A stretch of DNA of 64,000 nucleotides, from assembly GCA_015489175.1 (NCBI GenBank), contig WGAI01000053.1, positions 9,519-73,518 of the forward strand. Reading direction: 5' to 3'. Below the pieces are notes generated by a model, which was not told where the DNA came from, ran no database searches, and saw nothing but the letters and a program-made list of their open reading frames with translations. The DNA is from a candidate division WOR-3 bacterium. Its GTDB lineage: Bacteria > Hydrothermota > Hydrothermia > B15-G9. The position numbers were made by a program, and so were the translations under genes. This document shows positions 1 through 9,998 of this stretch, one piece after another. How positions within the stretch are numbered: position 1 is the stretch's first letter; the number at the start of each line of letters is the position of its first letter.

Positions 1-284
1 GCGATCAACCCCCGTGATGTTGCACCCTTTATGTGTTCCCCTGTAATTCCGACCACCACGCTATCGAACTCGGATTTGGCCATTTGATATGCCTGCTGGG
101 CTGCTTCCTTAACCGACAAAGCGGTCTTTTCGATGTTGACAATTCTGCCATTTCTGATGCCTGTTGATCGTGTCCTTCCGACGCCAAGCACGCGCACCTC
201 TTTGTTCAAACCCACCTCGGCAACTATGGCAGCCACTTTGCCGGAACCGAGATCGATCGCGAGAACCCTCTTGAAATCATCCAT
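1..284 (-). CDS. ftsA: Cell division protein FtsA (N-terminal part; the gene continues beyond the window start)
   Basis: Reverse-complement translation from the ATG at 284 gives MDDFKRVLAIDLGSGKVAAIVAEV...GRIVNIEKT...VVVGITGEHIKG. This is the actin-like FtsA N-terminus (phosphate-1 DxG motif). It lies in dcw-cluster context, downstream of ftsQ, murB and murC. Confidence 0.85.
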   Translation of the reverse strand, partial: MDDFKRVLAIDLGSGKVAAIVAEVGLNKEVRVLGVGRTRSTGIRNGRIVNIEKTALSVKEAAQQAYQMAKSEFDSVVVGITGEHIKGATSRGLI

Positions 285-288
285 TTAT

Positions 289-657
289 CTACCTCCTCAG
301 AATAGCCCAGCCTTCATGCCGGAAATCCAGCACTCTAAAACCATAGTTTGCGGAAATTATGCTGTCCGCAGCTGATAGTTTCAAGCTCAGATCTCCGTCA
401 CCCAAAATTATTGTCCTACCATAAGTTAACTGAATAGCACCGTTATCGGCCCGCACAAACCGCTTCTTCAATGCCGGATACGGCTTAAGAGCTTGCAAAA
501 CAGCCTGCTTGCTAACTCTTTCCGGCAATTCCGGCAAAACAGGAGAACGCCGCTTTTTAAGCTGTCCGTAAAGGACAATCGCTATAATGGCTATCAGGAT
601 ATAGCGACCTATTTTACGCTTTTTCCTGCGAGGCCTATACGGGACCATCGAAATCAC
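289..657 (-). CDS. Short FtsQ/DivIB-like membrane protein (122 aa)
   Basis: It sits in the ftsQ slot between murB and ftsA. It has a basic N-terminus and one TM helix (YILIAIIAIVLYG), followed by a small periplasmic beta-rich domain. It overlaps the murB stop by 23 nt. It is much shorter than a canonical FtsQ of about 250 aa. Confidence 0.4.
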   Translation of the reverse strand: MISMVPYRPRRKKRKIGRYILIAIIAIVLYGQLKKRRSPVLPELPERVSKQAVLQALKPYPALKKRFVRADNGAIQLTYGRTIILGDGDLSLKLSAADSIISANYGFRVLDFRHEGWAILRR

Positions 658-1504
658 CCATCATAACAACTTCTGTTTCAAGTTCTATCCCAAACTGCTC
701 CAACACCCTCCTTTTGCCAATTTGAATTAAGCGAAAGATATCGGACGCAGTGGCATCACCAAGATTAACTATGAAATTAGCATGGATGCGGGAATATTCA
801 GCCCCTCCAACCTTAAGTCTCTTCACCCCTGCCTTGTCCAGAAGCCAGCCTGCGGGATGCGCGTCTTTCGGATTTTTGAAAACGCTTCCAGCGGTTCTGC
901 CGCGCGGCTGCTTCCTGTGCCTATCAATGAGAAGCTCCCTCATTCTGGACCTAATTCTCTCCACAACTCCTTTTTTAAGCTCCAACTGCACTCTTAAAAT
1001 CGGCCCTTCTGACGGCAAAATAGTTTTTCTGTATAAAAATTTTAGTGCATCACTCCTGTATCGCTCAACTCCGGCATCTCCATAGATTTCAATCCAATTC
1101 ACAAGTTCTCCTATCTCGCGCCCGTAAGCGCCTGCGTTCTGAACGATTGCTCCGCCTACGGTGCCCGGTATCCCGGCGAGCTCCTCAAGGCCAGAGAGCC
1201 CCATGTCAACCGTTATCCTTGCAAGGCGAGGCAGTTTTACGCCTGCCTGCACAGTCACTTTTGTCCCATCGATGGAAATTCCGTTGAGCAGGTTCATTCG
1301 CACAACCATGCCGCGAAATCCATCATCATGCACAAGGAGATTTGACCCACTTCCGATGAAAAAAATTTCAAGTCCATGTTCCTCTGCAAAATTCAACGCT
1401 TCAACGAGTTCCCGTTCGTTGGCTGGCTCAACGAAGAAATCTGCCGGCCCACCAACTCCCCATGTCGTGTATCTGGCAAGCGGTATGTTTCTGAGCAGTT
1501 CCAT
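635..1504 (-). CDS. murB: UDP-N-acetylenolpyruvoylglucosamine reductase
   Basis: 289 aa. The FAD-binding N-terminus is ...ARYTTWGVGGPADFF...FFIGSGSNLL. Full-length MurB architecture, adjacent to murC. Confidence 0.9.
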   Translation of the reverse strand: MELLRNIPLARYTTWGVGGPADFFVEPANERELVEALNFAEEHGLEIFFIGSGSNLLVHDDGFRGMVVRMNLLNGISIDGTKVTVQAGVKLPRLARITVDMGLSGLEELAGIPGTVGGAIVQNAGAYGREIGELVNWIEIYGDAGVERYRSDALKFLYRKTILPSEGPILRVQLELKKGVVERIRSRMRELLIDRHRKQPRGRTAGSVFKNPKDAHPAGWLLDKAGVKRLKVGGAEYSRIHANFIVNLGDATASDIFRLIQIGKRRVLEQFGIELETEVVMMGDFDGPV

Positions 1505-1512
1505 CGTGCAGC

Positions 1513-2901
1513 CTAACCCTTAAGAAACTCCTCGCCGACCTTCCAGACATCCCCTGCGCCGAGCGTTATGACGAGGTCGCCAGAACGCGCCTCCTTTTTC
1601 AGCACATCGAGGGCCTCATTGTGTCCGTTTACCAGAGTTACATCCCTATGGCCTGAATCCTTTACCGCCCTGTATATCAATTCGGCGCTTACCCCTTCGA
1701 TAGGTTTCTCGCCAGCGGGGTAGATCGGCATGATTATGACCTTGTCGGCTTCGTTGAAGACAGGCCCGAACTTGCGATGCAGGTAGAATGTCCGCGTGTA
1801 TCTGTGAGGCTGGAAAACGACGATTATCCTGCCGGACCAGTATGAACGCGCAGACTGAAGCACAGCCGCTATCTCGCTTGGATGGTGCCCGTAATCGTCA
1901 ACGACCTTAACACCGTCTCTCTCGCCCTTTATCTCGAACCTGCGCATGACGCCGGTGAAGTCAGACAGCGCTTTTGCGACTGTGTCGGGCGGTATCTCAA
2001 GCTCGATGGCCGCAACAAAAGCTGAAAGTGAGTTTTTGATGTTGTGAATTCCGGGAACCTGAAGGTCAACTTTTGCGAGGAAATGTTCCCTGTAATAAGC
2101 ACGATAGCTTGAGGCCATCCCTTTGAGCTCGACATCCCTTGCGTGGACATCGGCCTGCCGACTGAGTCCGTAGGTCATTATCCTTTTGTTGATGCGAGGC
2201 AGGATGCTGCGAGCACCTTCATCATCGAGGTTTACCGTAACAAGCCCGTAAAATGGAACCCGTTCCGCAAACTGCACGAATGCATCCTTTATCTCATCCA
2301 GATTGCCGTATGTGTCCAGATGCTCCTCGTCTATATTAGTGATAACGGCGATCGTGGGGAACAGCTTCAGGAACGATTTATCCGATTCGTCCGCCTCCGC
2401 AACGAGATATTCCGAGCCTCCGAGCTTTGCGCCTGTCCCAAGTCCCTTAATTCTGCCGCCGACAACCACGGTCGGGTCGAGGCCGGCGTCCTCAAGCACC
2501 TTTGCGATCATCGATGTCGTCGTGGTCTTGCCGTGTGCGCCTGAGACGGCTATCGAGTATTTCATCCTCATGAGCTCGGCGAGCATGTCGGCACGGCGAA
2601 TTACCGGAATCTTTAGTTCCCTTGCTGCAACGACTTCAGGGTTGTCGTCAGGGACCGCTGTCGAGATCACGAGCACATCCGCATCGTCGATGTTTGCTGG
2701 ATCATGTCCGTAGTAAACTTTTATACCAAGCGATTCAAGCCTTTGCGTGACAGCCGATTCTTTTAGGTCGGAGCCGGTGATTGTGAAGCCGAGGTTGTGA
2801 AGCACCTCGGCAATGCCGCTCATGCCGGAACCGCCGATGCCAACAAAATGCAATTTCTTGAATTTTCCGAATTTCATCTCATTCCTCCAATAGAAGCTCA
2901 A
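1513..2901 (-). CDS. murC: UDP-N-acetylmuramate--L-alanine ligase
   Basis: 462 aa. N-terminal Rossmann motif HFVGIGGSGMSGIAEVL, Mur ligase central motif GAHGKTTTTSM, and a C-terminal domain. Confidence 0.9.
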   Translation of the reverse strand: MSFYWRNEMKFGKFKKLHFVGIGGSGMSGIAEVLHNLGFTITGSDLKESAVTQRLESLGIKVYYGHDPANIDDADVLVISTAVPDDNPEVVAARELKIPVIRRADMLAELMRMKYSIAVSGAHGKTTTTSMIAKVLEDAGLDPTVVVGGRIKGLGTGAKLGGSEYLVAEADESDKSFLKLFPTIAVITNIDEEHLDTYGNLDEIKDAFVQFAERVPFYGLVTVNLDDEGARSILPRINKRIMTYGLSRQADVHARDVELKGMASSYRAYYREHFLAKVDLQVPGIHNIKNSLSAFVAAIELEIPPDTVAKALSDFTGVMRRFEIKGERDGVKVVDDYGHHPSEIAAVLQSARSYWSGRIIVVFQPHRYTRTFYLHRKFGPVFNEADKVIIMPIYPAGEKPIEGVSAELIYRAVKDSGHRDVTLVNGHNEALDVLKKEARSGDLVITLGAGDVWKVGEEFLKG

Positions 2902-2926
2902 ATTTTAAGCCCAATTCACCTGAAGC

Positions 2927-5092
2927 TCATTCCTCGTAGAGAACTAATTCCATGCGTTTCTGTGACTTATCAACTCTTGCGACGACGACTTTGACCTTCT
3001 GCCCTATGCGGAAGGATCTGGCGCCGCCGACTTCGACAAGTGCGATTTGAGCCTGATCGTGCTGAAAATTGCCGCCCAGCGTCTCAATCGGGACAAATCC
3101 TTCAACAAGGTATTCCGGGATTTCAACGAACATCCCATAAGGTGTTATGTGGGTGACAATGCCTTCGAACACCTCGCCGACTCGATCCTTCATAAATTCG
3201 AGCTTTTTGAGATCCCACAGCTCAAATTCGGCCTCCTCAGCGACATTTTCCCGTTCGGTCGAGTGGACGGCTATCTCCTCAAGTCTGGCAATGACATCCG
3301 CGCCAACGAGCGGCTTTCCGCTGATGGCGCTCTTGAGCAGCCTGTGAACGACGAGGTCAGGATACCGTCGAATTGGAGATGTGAAATGGAGATAAGCCTC
3401 GCTCGCAAGCCCGAAATGCCCCCTGTTCTCAACAGAATAGTGAGCCCTTTTCATCGAGCGAAGTAGGAGGTAGTTCAAGATCGGTTCTTCAGGCCGCCCC
3501 TCCGCCATTTTTATGATTCTTTGCAGCTCGATAGGCGTAACCTTATCCACTTCAGGCGGTTCAAAGTTAAGGATGGCCGATGCAAATGTGAGGAATTGCT
3601 TGACCTTTTCGGGTTTTGGCGGCTCGTGGACGCGATAGACGGTCGGCAGCTCCCTGTCGTTGAAGTATCGCGCTACCTGTTCGTTGGCGAGTATCATAAA
3701 CTCCTCAATGAGCTTATGGCTCCATGTGCGTTCGAGCGGCCTGATGTATTCCACAGCGCCGGTCGGCAGAAGTTTGAACTCAGGCTCAGGAAGATCAAAG
3801 TCTATGCTGCCCCTCTGTTCCCGATTGGCTCTAAGTTTCTTTGCGAGCTCAAGAGCGACCCTCAACGCCTTTGCGACCGCCTGCCTCGTGCCCCTTCCGA
3901 CGAACTTTGAGACAGTTTTTGGCGGCAGTTTCTTTCCGTCAAGCATCCTCTGTGCGTCCTCGTAACTCAGCCGAGCCTTCGATTTAATGACTGAGCGGAA
4001 AAATCGTGATGACAGCACGCGCCCGTTCCTGTCAAGCCGCATGATCACGCTGAAGGTGAGCCTGTCAACGCCGGGCATGAGGGATGCGAGGTCACTCGAC
4101 AGCTCATGGGGCAGCATCGGGACGACATAGTCTATAAGGTAAACGCTGGTGCCTCTTTTGAACGCCTCTCTGTCTAAGACAGAGCCCTCGGTCACATAGT
4201 AACTCACATCCGCAATGTGCACGCCAAGCTCATAGCCGTCCTTCAGCTTCTTGATAGAAATTGCATCATCGAAATCCTTTGCGGTCTCAGGGTCAATCGT
4301 AAAGATCAGCTCCTTTCTGAGATCGAGCCGTCCCTTCTCGACTTTGACATCTCTCATTTCCTTGTGCAAGCGGCGGGCTGCCTTTTTGACCTTGTTGGGG
4401 AAGTCTTCCGGCAGGTCGTATTTTCTGAGCACGATGTAGAGGTCTATCTTCGGATCGTCTGCCCTGCCGAGCACCTCAATGATCTCAGCCACAGGCACAA
4501 CTTTGCCCCTTCTGAGCTTAAAAACGACCTTATCGCCGTCGCGCGCACCACCGGTTTTGCCGCCGGGCACAGGTATCTCTGGTGGTAAGGATGGCTCATC
4601 GGGTATAACGACACCGCTTTTCCTGCCGCCGCGAAATGTCCCGATGAATTTCGTTTTGACGCGTTCGACGATTCGGATAACCCTGCCTTCAGGCCTGCGG
4701 CCGCCACGCCTCTTCATCCTCACGAGCACGATGTCGCCGGAAATGGCGCCCTTCATCGCATGCGGCGGGATAAACACATCTGGCTCGTCGTCCCGCAACA
4801 GGAAGCCAAAACCCTCCTTAAAACGCTGAATCTTGCCTTTGACAAGGTTGAGCCGTTCAGGTATCCCGTATCGTTTCTCGTCTATTCGAATGATCTTGCC
4901 CGTTTTTTCGAGCTCTTTCAGGAATTTTTCGACTATGTGTCGGTTTGTCCTTTTCAGGCCGAGCCGTTTGGCTATCGAATTGGTCGTGAGGGCACCGCGC
5001 TTTGAACGCTGGAGCACATCGATTATTTTTTTCTCGTTTATCGCTGGCCACGACCCGGTTCTCTGTTTTTTCTTCCGTTTCTTTTTGCCCAT
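2927..5092 (-). CDS. rnr: Ribonuclease R (3'-5' exoribonuclease, RNB family, with S1 domain)
   Basis: 721 aa. Central RNB catalytic domain (...DFDDAISI...; HFTSPIRRYPDLVVHR). C-terminal S1 domain (GIVTHITPYGMFVEI). Lys-rich N-terminal HTH and cold-shock region. Confidence 0.8.
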   Translation of the reverse strand: MGKKKRKKKQRTGSWPAINEKKIIDVLQRSKRGALTTNSIAKRLGLKRTNRHIVEKFLKELEKTGKIIRIDEKRYGIPERLNLVKGKIQRFKEGFGFLLRDDEPDVFIPPHAMKGAISGDIVLVRMKRRGGRRPEGRVIRIVERVKTKFIGTFRGGRKSGVVIPDEPSLPPEIPVPGGKTGGARDGDKVVFKLRRGKVVPVAEIIEVLGRADDPKIDLYIVLRKYDLPEDFPNKVKKAARRLHKEMRDVKVEKGRLDLRKELIFTIDPETAKDFDDAISIKKLKDGYELGVHIADVSYYVTEGSVLDREAFKRGTSVYLIDYVVPMLPHELSSDLASLMPGVDRLTFSVIMRLDRNGRVLSSRFFRSVIKSKARLSYEDAQRMLDGKKLPPKTVSKFVGRGTRQAVAKALRVALELAKKLRANREQRGSIDFDLPEPEFKLLPTGAVEYIRPLERTWSHKLIEEFMILANEQVARYFNDRELPTVYRVHEPPKPEKVKQFLTFASAILNFEPPEVDKVTPIELQRIIKMAEGRPEEPILNYLLLRSMKRAHYSVENRGHFGLASEAYLHFTSPIRRYPDLVVHRLLKSAISGKPLVGADVIARLEEIAVHSTERENVAEEAEFELWDLKKLEFMKDRVGEVFEGIVTHITPYGMFVEIPEYLVEGFVPIETLGGNFQHDQAQIALVEVGGARSFRIGQKVKVVVARVDKSQKRMELVLYEE

Positions 5093-5102
5093 ATCAACTC
5101 CG

Positions 5103-6503
5103 TTAAATCAACACTGCGATCAGGGCGATCACAATGGTTATGTAGGCGAACAAATCGCCGAATTTTGAATAAAATGTCCCGCCGTAGCCCACAGGCAGGT
5201 CTCCGACAAGAATAGAGTTATCGGAGAAAAGTGTGTTTTTCGAGGCGATAACTCTGCCGCTCGGCGCTATGAGCTGGGCGATGCCGTCCTTAGTCGATCT
5301 GACGATCGAAACCCTGTTCTCGATAGCGCGCATGGGCACAATTCTGGCATGGCGCTCGTACACATCCAGCCAATCCCACGACGGGTCAGCTATGACCTGA
5401 GCGCCCTTTTTGCCCAGTTTACGCGTCAGGTCGGTGAAAACTTCATCGTTGCAGATGACAACGCCGAGCTTAAACTGCTCGACCTGCGTGACCTCGGGCT
5501 CGCCCTCTCCCGGATCAGCCTTATCAACAAACGGGACAAGATGATGCTTGTGGTATTCCATCAACATCTCGCCGCTCGGAGATATGACCCATGCGAAGTT
5601 GAGCTTCCTTGAGCTGTCATACACCCCGACGACCTGATAGATGCCGAGCTCTCTCGAGAGTGAGGAGAGGAAAGTTTTCATGCTGTCCCTCGTTTCATCC
5701 GTGACTTTGAGCACCTCCTCAGGCCACACAACCAACATCGCATCATAGTCGAATGTCGCTTTTCGCACCAGCTCAGCGTATTTGTTGGCCCAGTTGAAGG
5801 AGTAATCGGCATCCCTATCGATGACATCCTTGCCCTTCTCCTTCAGGCACACGGTCGCAGTTCGGATATAGCTGCCGTATTCGTTGAACTTGCTAAGCCT
5901 GAATGCGCCCCATCCTATCACGGCAACCAAAACAAGGATGGCTATCAAGAGCGTCGCGGCATACCTTTTGAAATCCTTGTTAAAGTAAACGGCAGCACCG
6001 ATTGCGGCTCCGAAAAAGTAAATCAGGAAGGTAATCCCCCAGACCCCCGTAAGCTCAGCGATTTGCACAGACGCCAGAAATCCCAGCATCGAGTAAGCTA
6101 TGGATGTGGCTGTCCCGATATTCGAGAGTGAAATCAGGTAGTCAATTGCTGTGAAGAACGAGGCGAGCGCAAGGACACCAAAAAATAACCTCTTTTTCCT
6201 GAACTGCTTTTTTGCTATCCAGAGACCAAGACTATACAGCAAGGTAAGCCCTATGACCACTGCAATCGAGATGACGATCGACCACGAAATGGTTATCAAG
6301 CCGATGAATCCGATTATCACAAACACTAAGGAGAACAGCAGGATATTAAGTATGTTCGGATTGGAGAGTGCAAAGAACGCTATCGAGCCGCTCGCGACCA
6401 GCAGAAGCGGCCAGATGTAAAACGGATGGCCTCCGAGATAGAGACTAAGCCCTCCAACGACGCCAGCCACGACCGAGTAGATGTAATTTTTGATGGATTT
6501 CAT
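5103..6503 (-). CDS. lnt: Apolipoprotein N-acyltransferase-like protein (polytopic membrane N-terminus plus CN-hydrolase domain)
   Basis: 466 aa. About 7 N-terminal TM helices, then a nitrilase-superfamily domain (VVWPE...; GVVICNDEVF with the candidate catalytic Cys). Confidence 0.55.
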   Translation of the reverse strand: MKSIKNYIYSVVAGVVGGLSLYLGGHPFYIWPLLLVASGSIAFFALSNPNILNILLFSLVFVIIGFIGLITISWSIVISIAVVIGLTLLYSLGLWIAKKQFRKKRLFFGVLALASFFTAIDYLISLSNIGTATSIAYSMLGFLASVQIAELTGVWGITFLIYFFGAAIGAAVYFNKDFKRYAATLLIAILVLVAVIGWGAFRLSKFNEYGSYIRTATVCLKEKGKDVIDRDADYSFNWANKYAELVRKATFDYDAMLVVWPEEVLKVTDETRDSMKTFLSSLSRELGIYQVVGVYDSSRKLNFAWVISPSGEMLMEYHKHHLVPFVDKADPGEGEPEVTQVEQFKLGVVICNDEVFTDLTRKLGKKGAQVIADPSWDWLDVYERHARIVPMRAIENRVSIVRSTKDGIAQLIAPSGRVIASKNTLFSDNSILVGDLPVGYGGTFYSKFGDLFAYITIVIALIAVLI

Positions 6504-6511
6504 CTCTCACC

Positions 6512-7507
6512 TCACTTTAGTTTGACGATAGCCACCCCTGAATCTGTTGCCACATAGGCGAAATCGCCTTTGACCTCCACATCAAACGGAACGCCGCCCA
6601 TGTTGAGCTGAGCGAGCAGCCTTGGGGCCTTCGGGTTGGAAACGGAGAAAATGAAAAGGCCAGCCGAATTCGTCACAAATAGGTTCTTGTCCGCCAGCTT
6701 AATGCCATAAGACTCGCCCTTTATCTTGAAGTTGTAAACCTCGGTCGGCTTGCGCAGGTTTTTAAGGCTAAAAACCTTAAGTCCTGTGGTCGTAGAAACA
6801 TAAGCGTAGCCGTAGCCAATGGCGATGCTCTTGCCAGTGATGTCCTTGCCTATGGGAACCGCACCTATGAGCTCGATGCTGTCCCTGTCGGCCTTCCTCC
6901 AGACGCACAGACTGTCGCCTGCACTAAAGATGTAGTCCTGATAAACTACGAGGTCACTGGAACCGCCCTCCCTGTAAGCCATGATCTCAGGCTTTGCGGG
7001 ATTTGAGATGTCGATCAACTCAACCGAGTAGATACCGCTTTCGTTTATGTAGCAATCCGGCCCCCATGCGTCTATGGCGAAAACCGGACCGCTAAGTATC
7101 AACTGGCCAAGCTTCTGGGGATTTGATGGGTTCGTGATGTTGTAAGTCATGAATCGATAAGGCGATCCCGTGCCGAGTGCCGTTGTGCCCGTGCCGAGAT
7201 AGAGCACATTCCCATAGACCATCAAACTGCTGACCCGTAAATCCCCGATCTTTTTGCTGGACAGCAAAGTTGGATTTGTGCTGTTGGTGATGTCATAGAT
7301 CGCAAAACCGTTATTTCCCTGAGCGAGGAACAGGTGGTTACCTTCCATATCAAGCGCATCGACGCTGACCCCTTCGGCTATCCGCGCCACAATCCTGGGG
7401 TTCAGATATTGCCCCGGAACGACGGGGAACAGAAACGGCGCGCAGGCCGCAAAAAAAACGGTCACGAGCGCAATAGCCAGCGCTCCCAATGGTATCAATT
7501 TTTTCAT
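6512..7507 (-). CDS. Lipoprotein with LVIVD-type beta-propeller repeats
   Basis: Signal peptide plus lipobox (LVTVFFAAC). Repeated motifs (NHLFLAQGNNGFAIYDI, YAYVSTTTGLKVFSL, DFAYVATDSGVAIVKL) resemble LVIVD repeats. Confidence 0.4.
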   Translation of the reverse strand: MKKLIPLGALAIALVTVFFAACAPFLFPVVPGQYLNPRIVARIAEGVSVDALDMEGNHLFLAQGNNGFAIYDITNSTNPTLLSSKKIGDLRVSSLMVYGNVLYLGTGTTALGTGSPYRFMTYNITNPSNPQKLGQLILSGPVFAIDAWGPDCYINESGIYSVELIDISNPAKPEIMAYREGGSSDLVVYQDYIFSAGDSLCVWRKADRDSIELIGAVPIGKDITGKSIAIGYGYAYVSTTTGLKVFSLKNLRKPTEVYNFKIKGESYGIKLADKNLFVTNSAGLFIFSVSNPKAPRLLAQLNMGGVPFDVEVKGDFAYVATDSGVAIVKLK

Positions 7508-7561
7508 ACCAACTCCTCCCGATTTGGATGTAAATGAAGATTTTACAGTATGAAGGCCGCC

Positions 7562-8728
7562 TTATCCCTTAGGAGGCAGTTTTCCTGCCCGTTCGGTCAG
7601 ATTTGCCCTCCAGTTCTTCAGCTTTTCAATGCCAGCCTTCACCTTTTCGCTGAAAACCGTGAGCCTTAGGTCTTCCAGCCTGCTGTGGGCGTCCTCCCTT
7701 TTGGCCACCAGCTCCGACGGGCTCGCTTTACCGAGGAATTCGACAGCGGACAGTGCGGCGAGCTCACCCTCAATCATCGCCGTGGTGGCTTCCTCAATGC
7801 CAGCAAGGTCTCCTGCCACAAAGACATTGGGCACATTCGTGCGCATATCCTCGTCGTGCCATGGGACATGCCCTCCGAGCTCAGGGATATACGCTATCTC
7901 AACGCCAGCCTGCCATGTCAGGTTGATTATCGGCGCAAGGCCCACCGCAAGGCATATCACATCGACATCTAACTCCCGTTCAGTGCCCGGAATGGGTCTG
8001 AACCGCTCGTCAACCTGTGCTATGACCGCACCTTCAACCTTTTCGTCCCCGATGGCTTCGATTATTGTATGGCGCGTGAGGATCGGCACGCCGTAGCGCC
8101 TCACCTTCGAGGCGTGCACGATGTAGCCGCCGATGCGGGGCAGGATCTCGACAATCGCCTCCACACTGGAGCCAGCCTGCAAAAGCTGATATGTCACGAT
8201 CAGGCCGATGTTGCCTGAGCCTATCATCAACACCCGTTCGCCGGGCAGCACGCCGTAAACATTCATCAATGTCTGGACTGCGCCAGCTCCATAGACGCCG
8301 GGCAGGTCGTTACCAGGAAAGGCGAGCATGTTCTCCCGTGCGCCTGTCGCAAAAATGACGGTTTGGGGCTTTATGTCGATGAGCTTCTCCTCAGGCTCCC
8401 TCTGATAGAGTGCGAGCGTCCCATCTTCGTAATACCCAATCGCTGTGGTGCTTAGCATGACGGTGATGTTCGGGTCGTTCATCACCTCTTCCGACAGTTT
8501 TCTGCCGATGGCGATGCCCCTGACGCCGGCCATGTGCTCGTAGGAGCCAAAAAACTTGTGGGTCTGTTTGACCAGCTGGCCGCCGAGTTTCCTGTTTTCA
8601 TCTACAAGGACGGTCTTAACGCCGAATTTCGATGCCATAAGTGCGGCAGACAGGCCTGCAGGGCCACCTCCGACAACAGCAAGTTCGTATCTCTCACTCA
8701 TCGCTTTCCTCCTGAACGATAGACTCAA
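7562..8728 (-). CDS. FAD/NAD(P)-binding pyridine-nucleotide-disulfide-family oxidoreductase (HcnB / SoxA-like)
   Basis: 388 aa. Two Rossmann dinucleotide motifs: VVGGGPAGLSAA (FAD) and VLMIGSGNIGLI (NAD). It overlaps the downstream 2Fe-2S gene by 35 nt. Confidence 0.6.
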   Translation of the reverse strand: MSLSFRRKAMSERYELAVVGGGPAGLSAALMASKFGVKTVLVDENRKLGGQLVKQTHKFFGSYEHMAGVRGIAIGRKLSEEVMNDPNITVMLSTTAIGYYEDGTLALYQREPEEKLIDIKPQTVIFATGARENMLAFPGNDLPGVYGAGAVQTLMNVYGVLPGERVLMIGSGNIGLIVTYQLLQAGSSVEAIVEILPRIGGYIVHASKVRRYGVPILTRHTIIEAIGDEKVEGAVIAQVDERFRPIPGTERELDVDVICLAVGLAPIINLTWQAGVEIAYIPELGGHVPWHDEDMRTNVPNVFVAGDLAGIEEATTAMIEGELAALSAVEFLGKASPSELVAKREDAHSRLEDLRLTVFSEKVKAGIEKLKNWRANLTERAGKLPPKG

Positions 8729-9020
8729 GCCCGTGCTGGCGCCTTACATGGATGCCAGGCCTGACAAACTCCATGCATGTCCTGACATTCGGTCTCCCAT
8801 CCACCACCATCAAACAGGATGAGCATTTGCCTATGGCGCAGAAGAAGCCGCGCGGCCTGTGTTTGCGGGCAGAGTAGCCGAGCACCTTGATGCCGGCAGC
8901 ATGAAGAGCAGCAGCTATCGTCTCATTTGTGTATCCTTCGATCGGCCTACCTTCAAAATAAAAAACAACTTTCTCACCACGATCAAAATCGAGAACAGGA
9001 TGATCCTCAATGCGTTTCAT
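8694..9020 (-). CDS. Small 2Fe-2S cluster-binding protein (HcnA / sarcosine-oxidase-alpha N-terminal-like)
   Basis: 108 aa. Cys cluster CAIGKCSSC...C, typical of the BFD-like or HcnA 2Fe-2S domain. Translationally coupled to the FAD oxidoreductase. Confidence 0.55.
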   Translation of the reverse strand: MKRIEDHPVLDFDRGEKVVFYFEGRPIEGYTNETIAAALHAAGIKVLGYSARKHRPRGFFCAIGKCSSCLMVVDGRPNVRTCMEFVRPGIHVRRQHGLESIVQEESDE

Positions 9021-9047
9021 TTAACGCCTCCGTGAAAAAGTTTATTT

Positions 9048-9998
9048 CTAATCCTCGTTGAGGCTTGGGTAGTTAAGCCCAAACCTGCTTCTGTAATAGA
9101 CTTTCATGCCAGCATACACCACGACGCCGATCAAAACATAGATCGGATAATGCACGCCGATGTTGACGGCATAGATTGCGCCGGACAGCCTAAAAGCGAA
9201 TTTCACGCTCTTTAAAAACCTCTCTTTTGGGACGAAAGGCGTGTAGATGAACACGATCGCCGTCACCGCTGCCGGGATGAACGCCATCATGTCCTTCAAG
9301 ACCAAAGCGGTGACAACCGAGGCTAACATGAGGACGGCGCCGACGATTGCGGTCGCCCTCTCGCCCAACAACACCCCAATAGTGATAGCGCCATCCCGAC
9401 GATCCCCTTCTATGTCCGCTATCGTGGTCTCAGCGTAAACCCCGAAAACTGCGAGGATGTAAGGGACTGAGCTTATGAGCGCCCCTCTGTCTATCCTTTG
9501 CGAAAAACTCCAGTAACCCAACAGAAATGTGAGGAATCCATAGCCCAACCCGTTCCAGACCATATCGATAACGGGTCTGCCCTTAAATCGGAACGGCGGC
9601 ACCGAATAAAGGAAACCCGTAATCCATATCACCGTCAACAGGATGAACGGTTCCCTGCCCATGTAGAACGCTATGGCGAGCCCGAGGACGGACAGGGCGG
9701 CCGTGTATAGCCATGCCGACCTGATGGTTATTATCCCTTCAGGCAGAAGGAAAAGCTTTTTGTTTATCCTGTCGGTCTCTATGTCGAAGATCTGGTTGAC
9801 GATGTAAGCGGTGGCGGATATCAGGGTCAGCGAAAGCATTGCCAGCCAGAACCTGCAGCAAAACGGAAGGTCGATTCCGTAGAGTGAGCCCCTGAATTTA
9901 GCGGCGTAATGCCCGTAAAACAGGAACATCCACACGGGCATCATGAGCGTGGGCCTCAAAAGCATGATGTAATCCCAGAGGTCAGCCTTCCTTTTCAT
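9048..9998 (-). CDS. UbiA-family aromatic/polyprenyl prenyltransferase
   Basis: 316 aa, about 8 TM helices. Asp-rich UbiA motif NQIFDIETDRINKK, and a second motif TIADIEGDRRDG. Confidence 0.7.
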   Translation of the reverse strand: MKRKADLWDYIMLLRPTLMMPVWMFLFYGHYAAKFRGSLYGIDLPFCCRFWLAMLSLTLISATAYIVNQIFDIETDRINKKLFLLPEGIITIRSAWLYTAALSVLGLAIAFYMGREPFILLTVIWITGFLYSVPPFRFKGRPVIDMVWNGLGYGFLTFLLGYWSFSQRIDRGALISSVPYILAVFGVYAETTIADIEGDRRDGAITIGVLLGERATAIVGAVLMLASVVTALVLKDMMAFIPAAVTAIVFIYTPFVPKERFLKSVKFAFRLSGAIYAVNIGVHYPIYVLIGVVVYAGMKVYYRSRFGLNYPSLNED

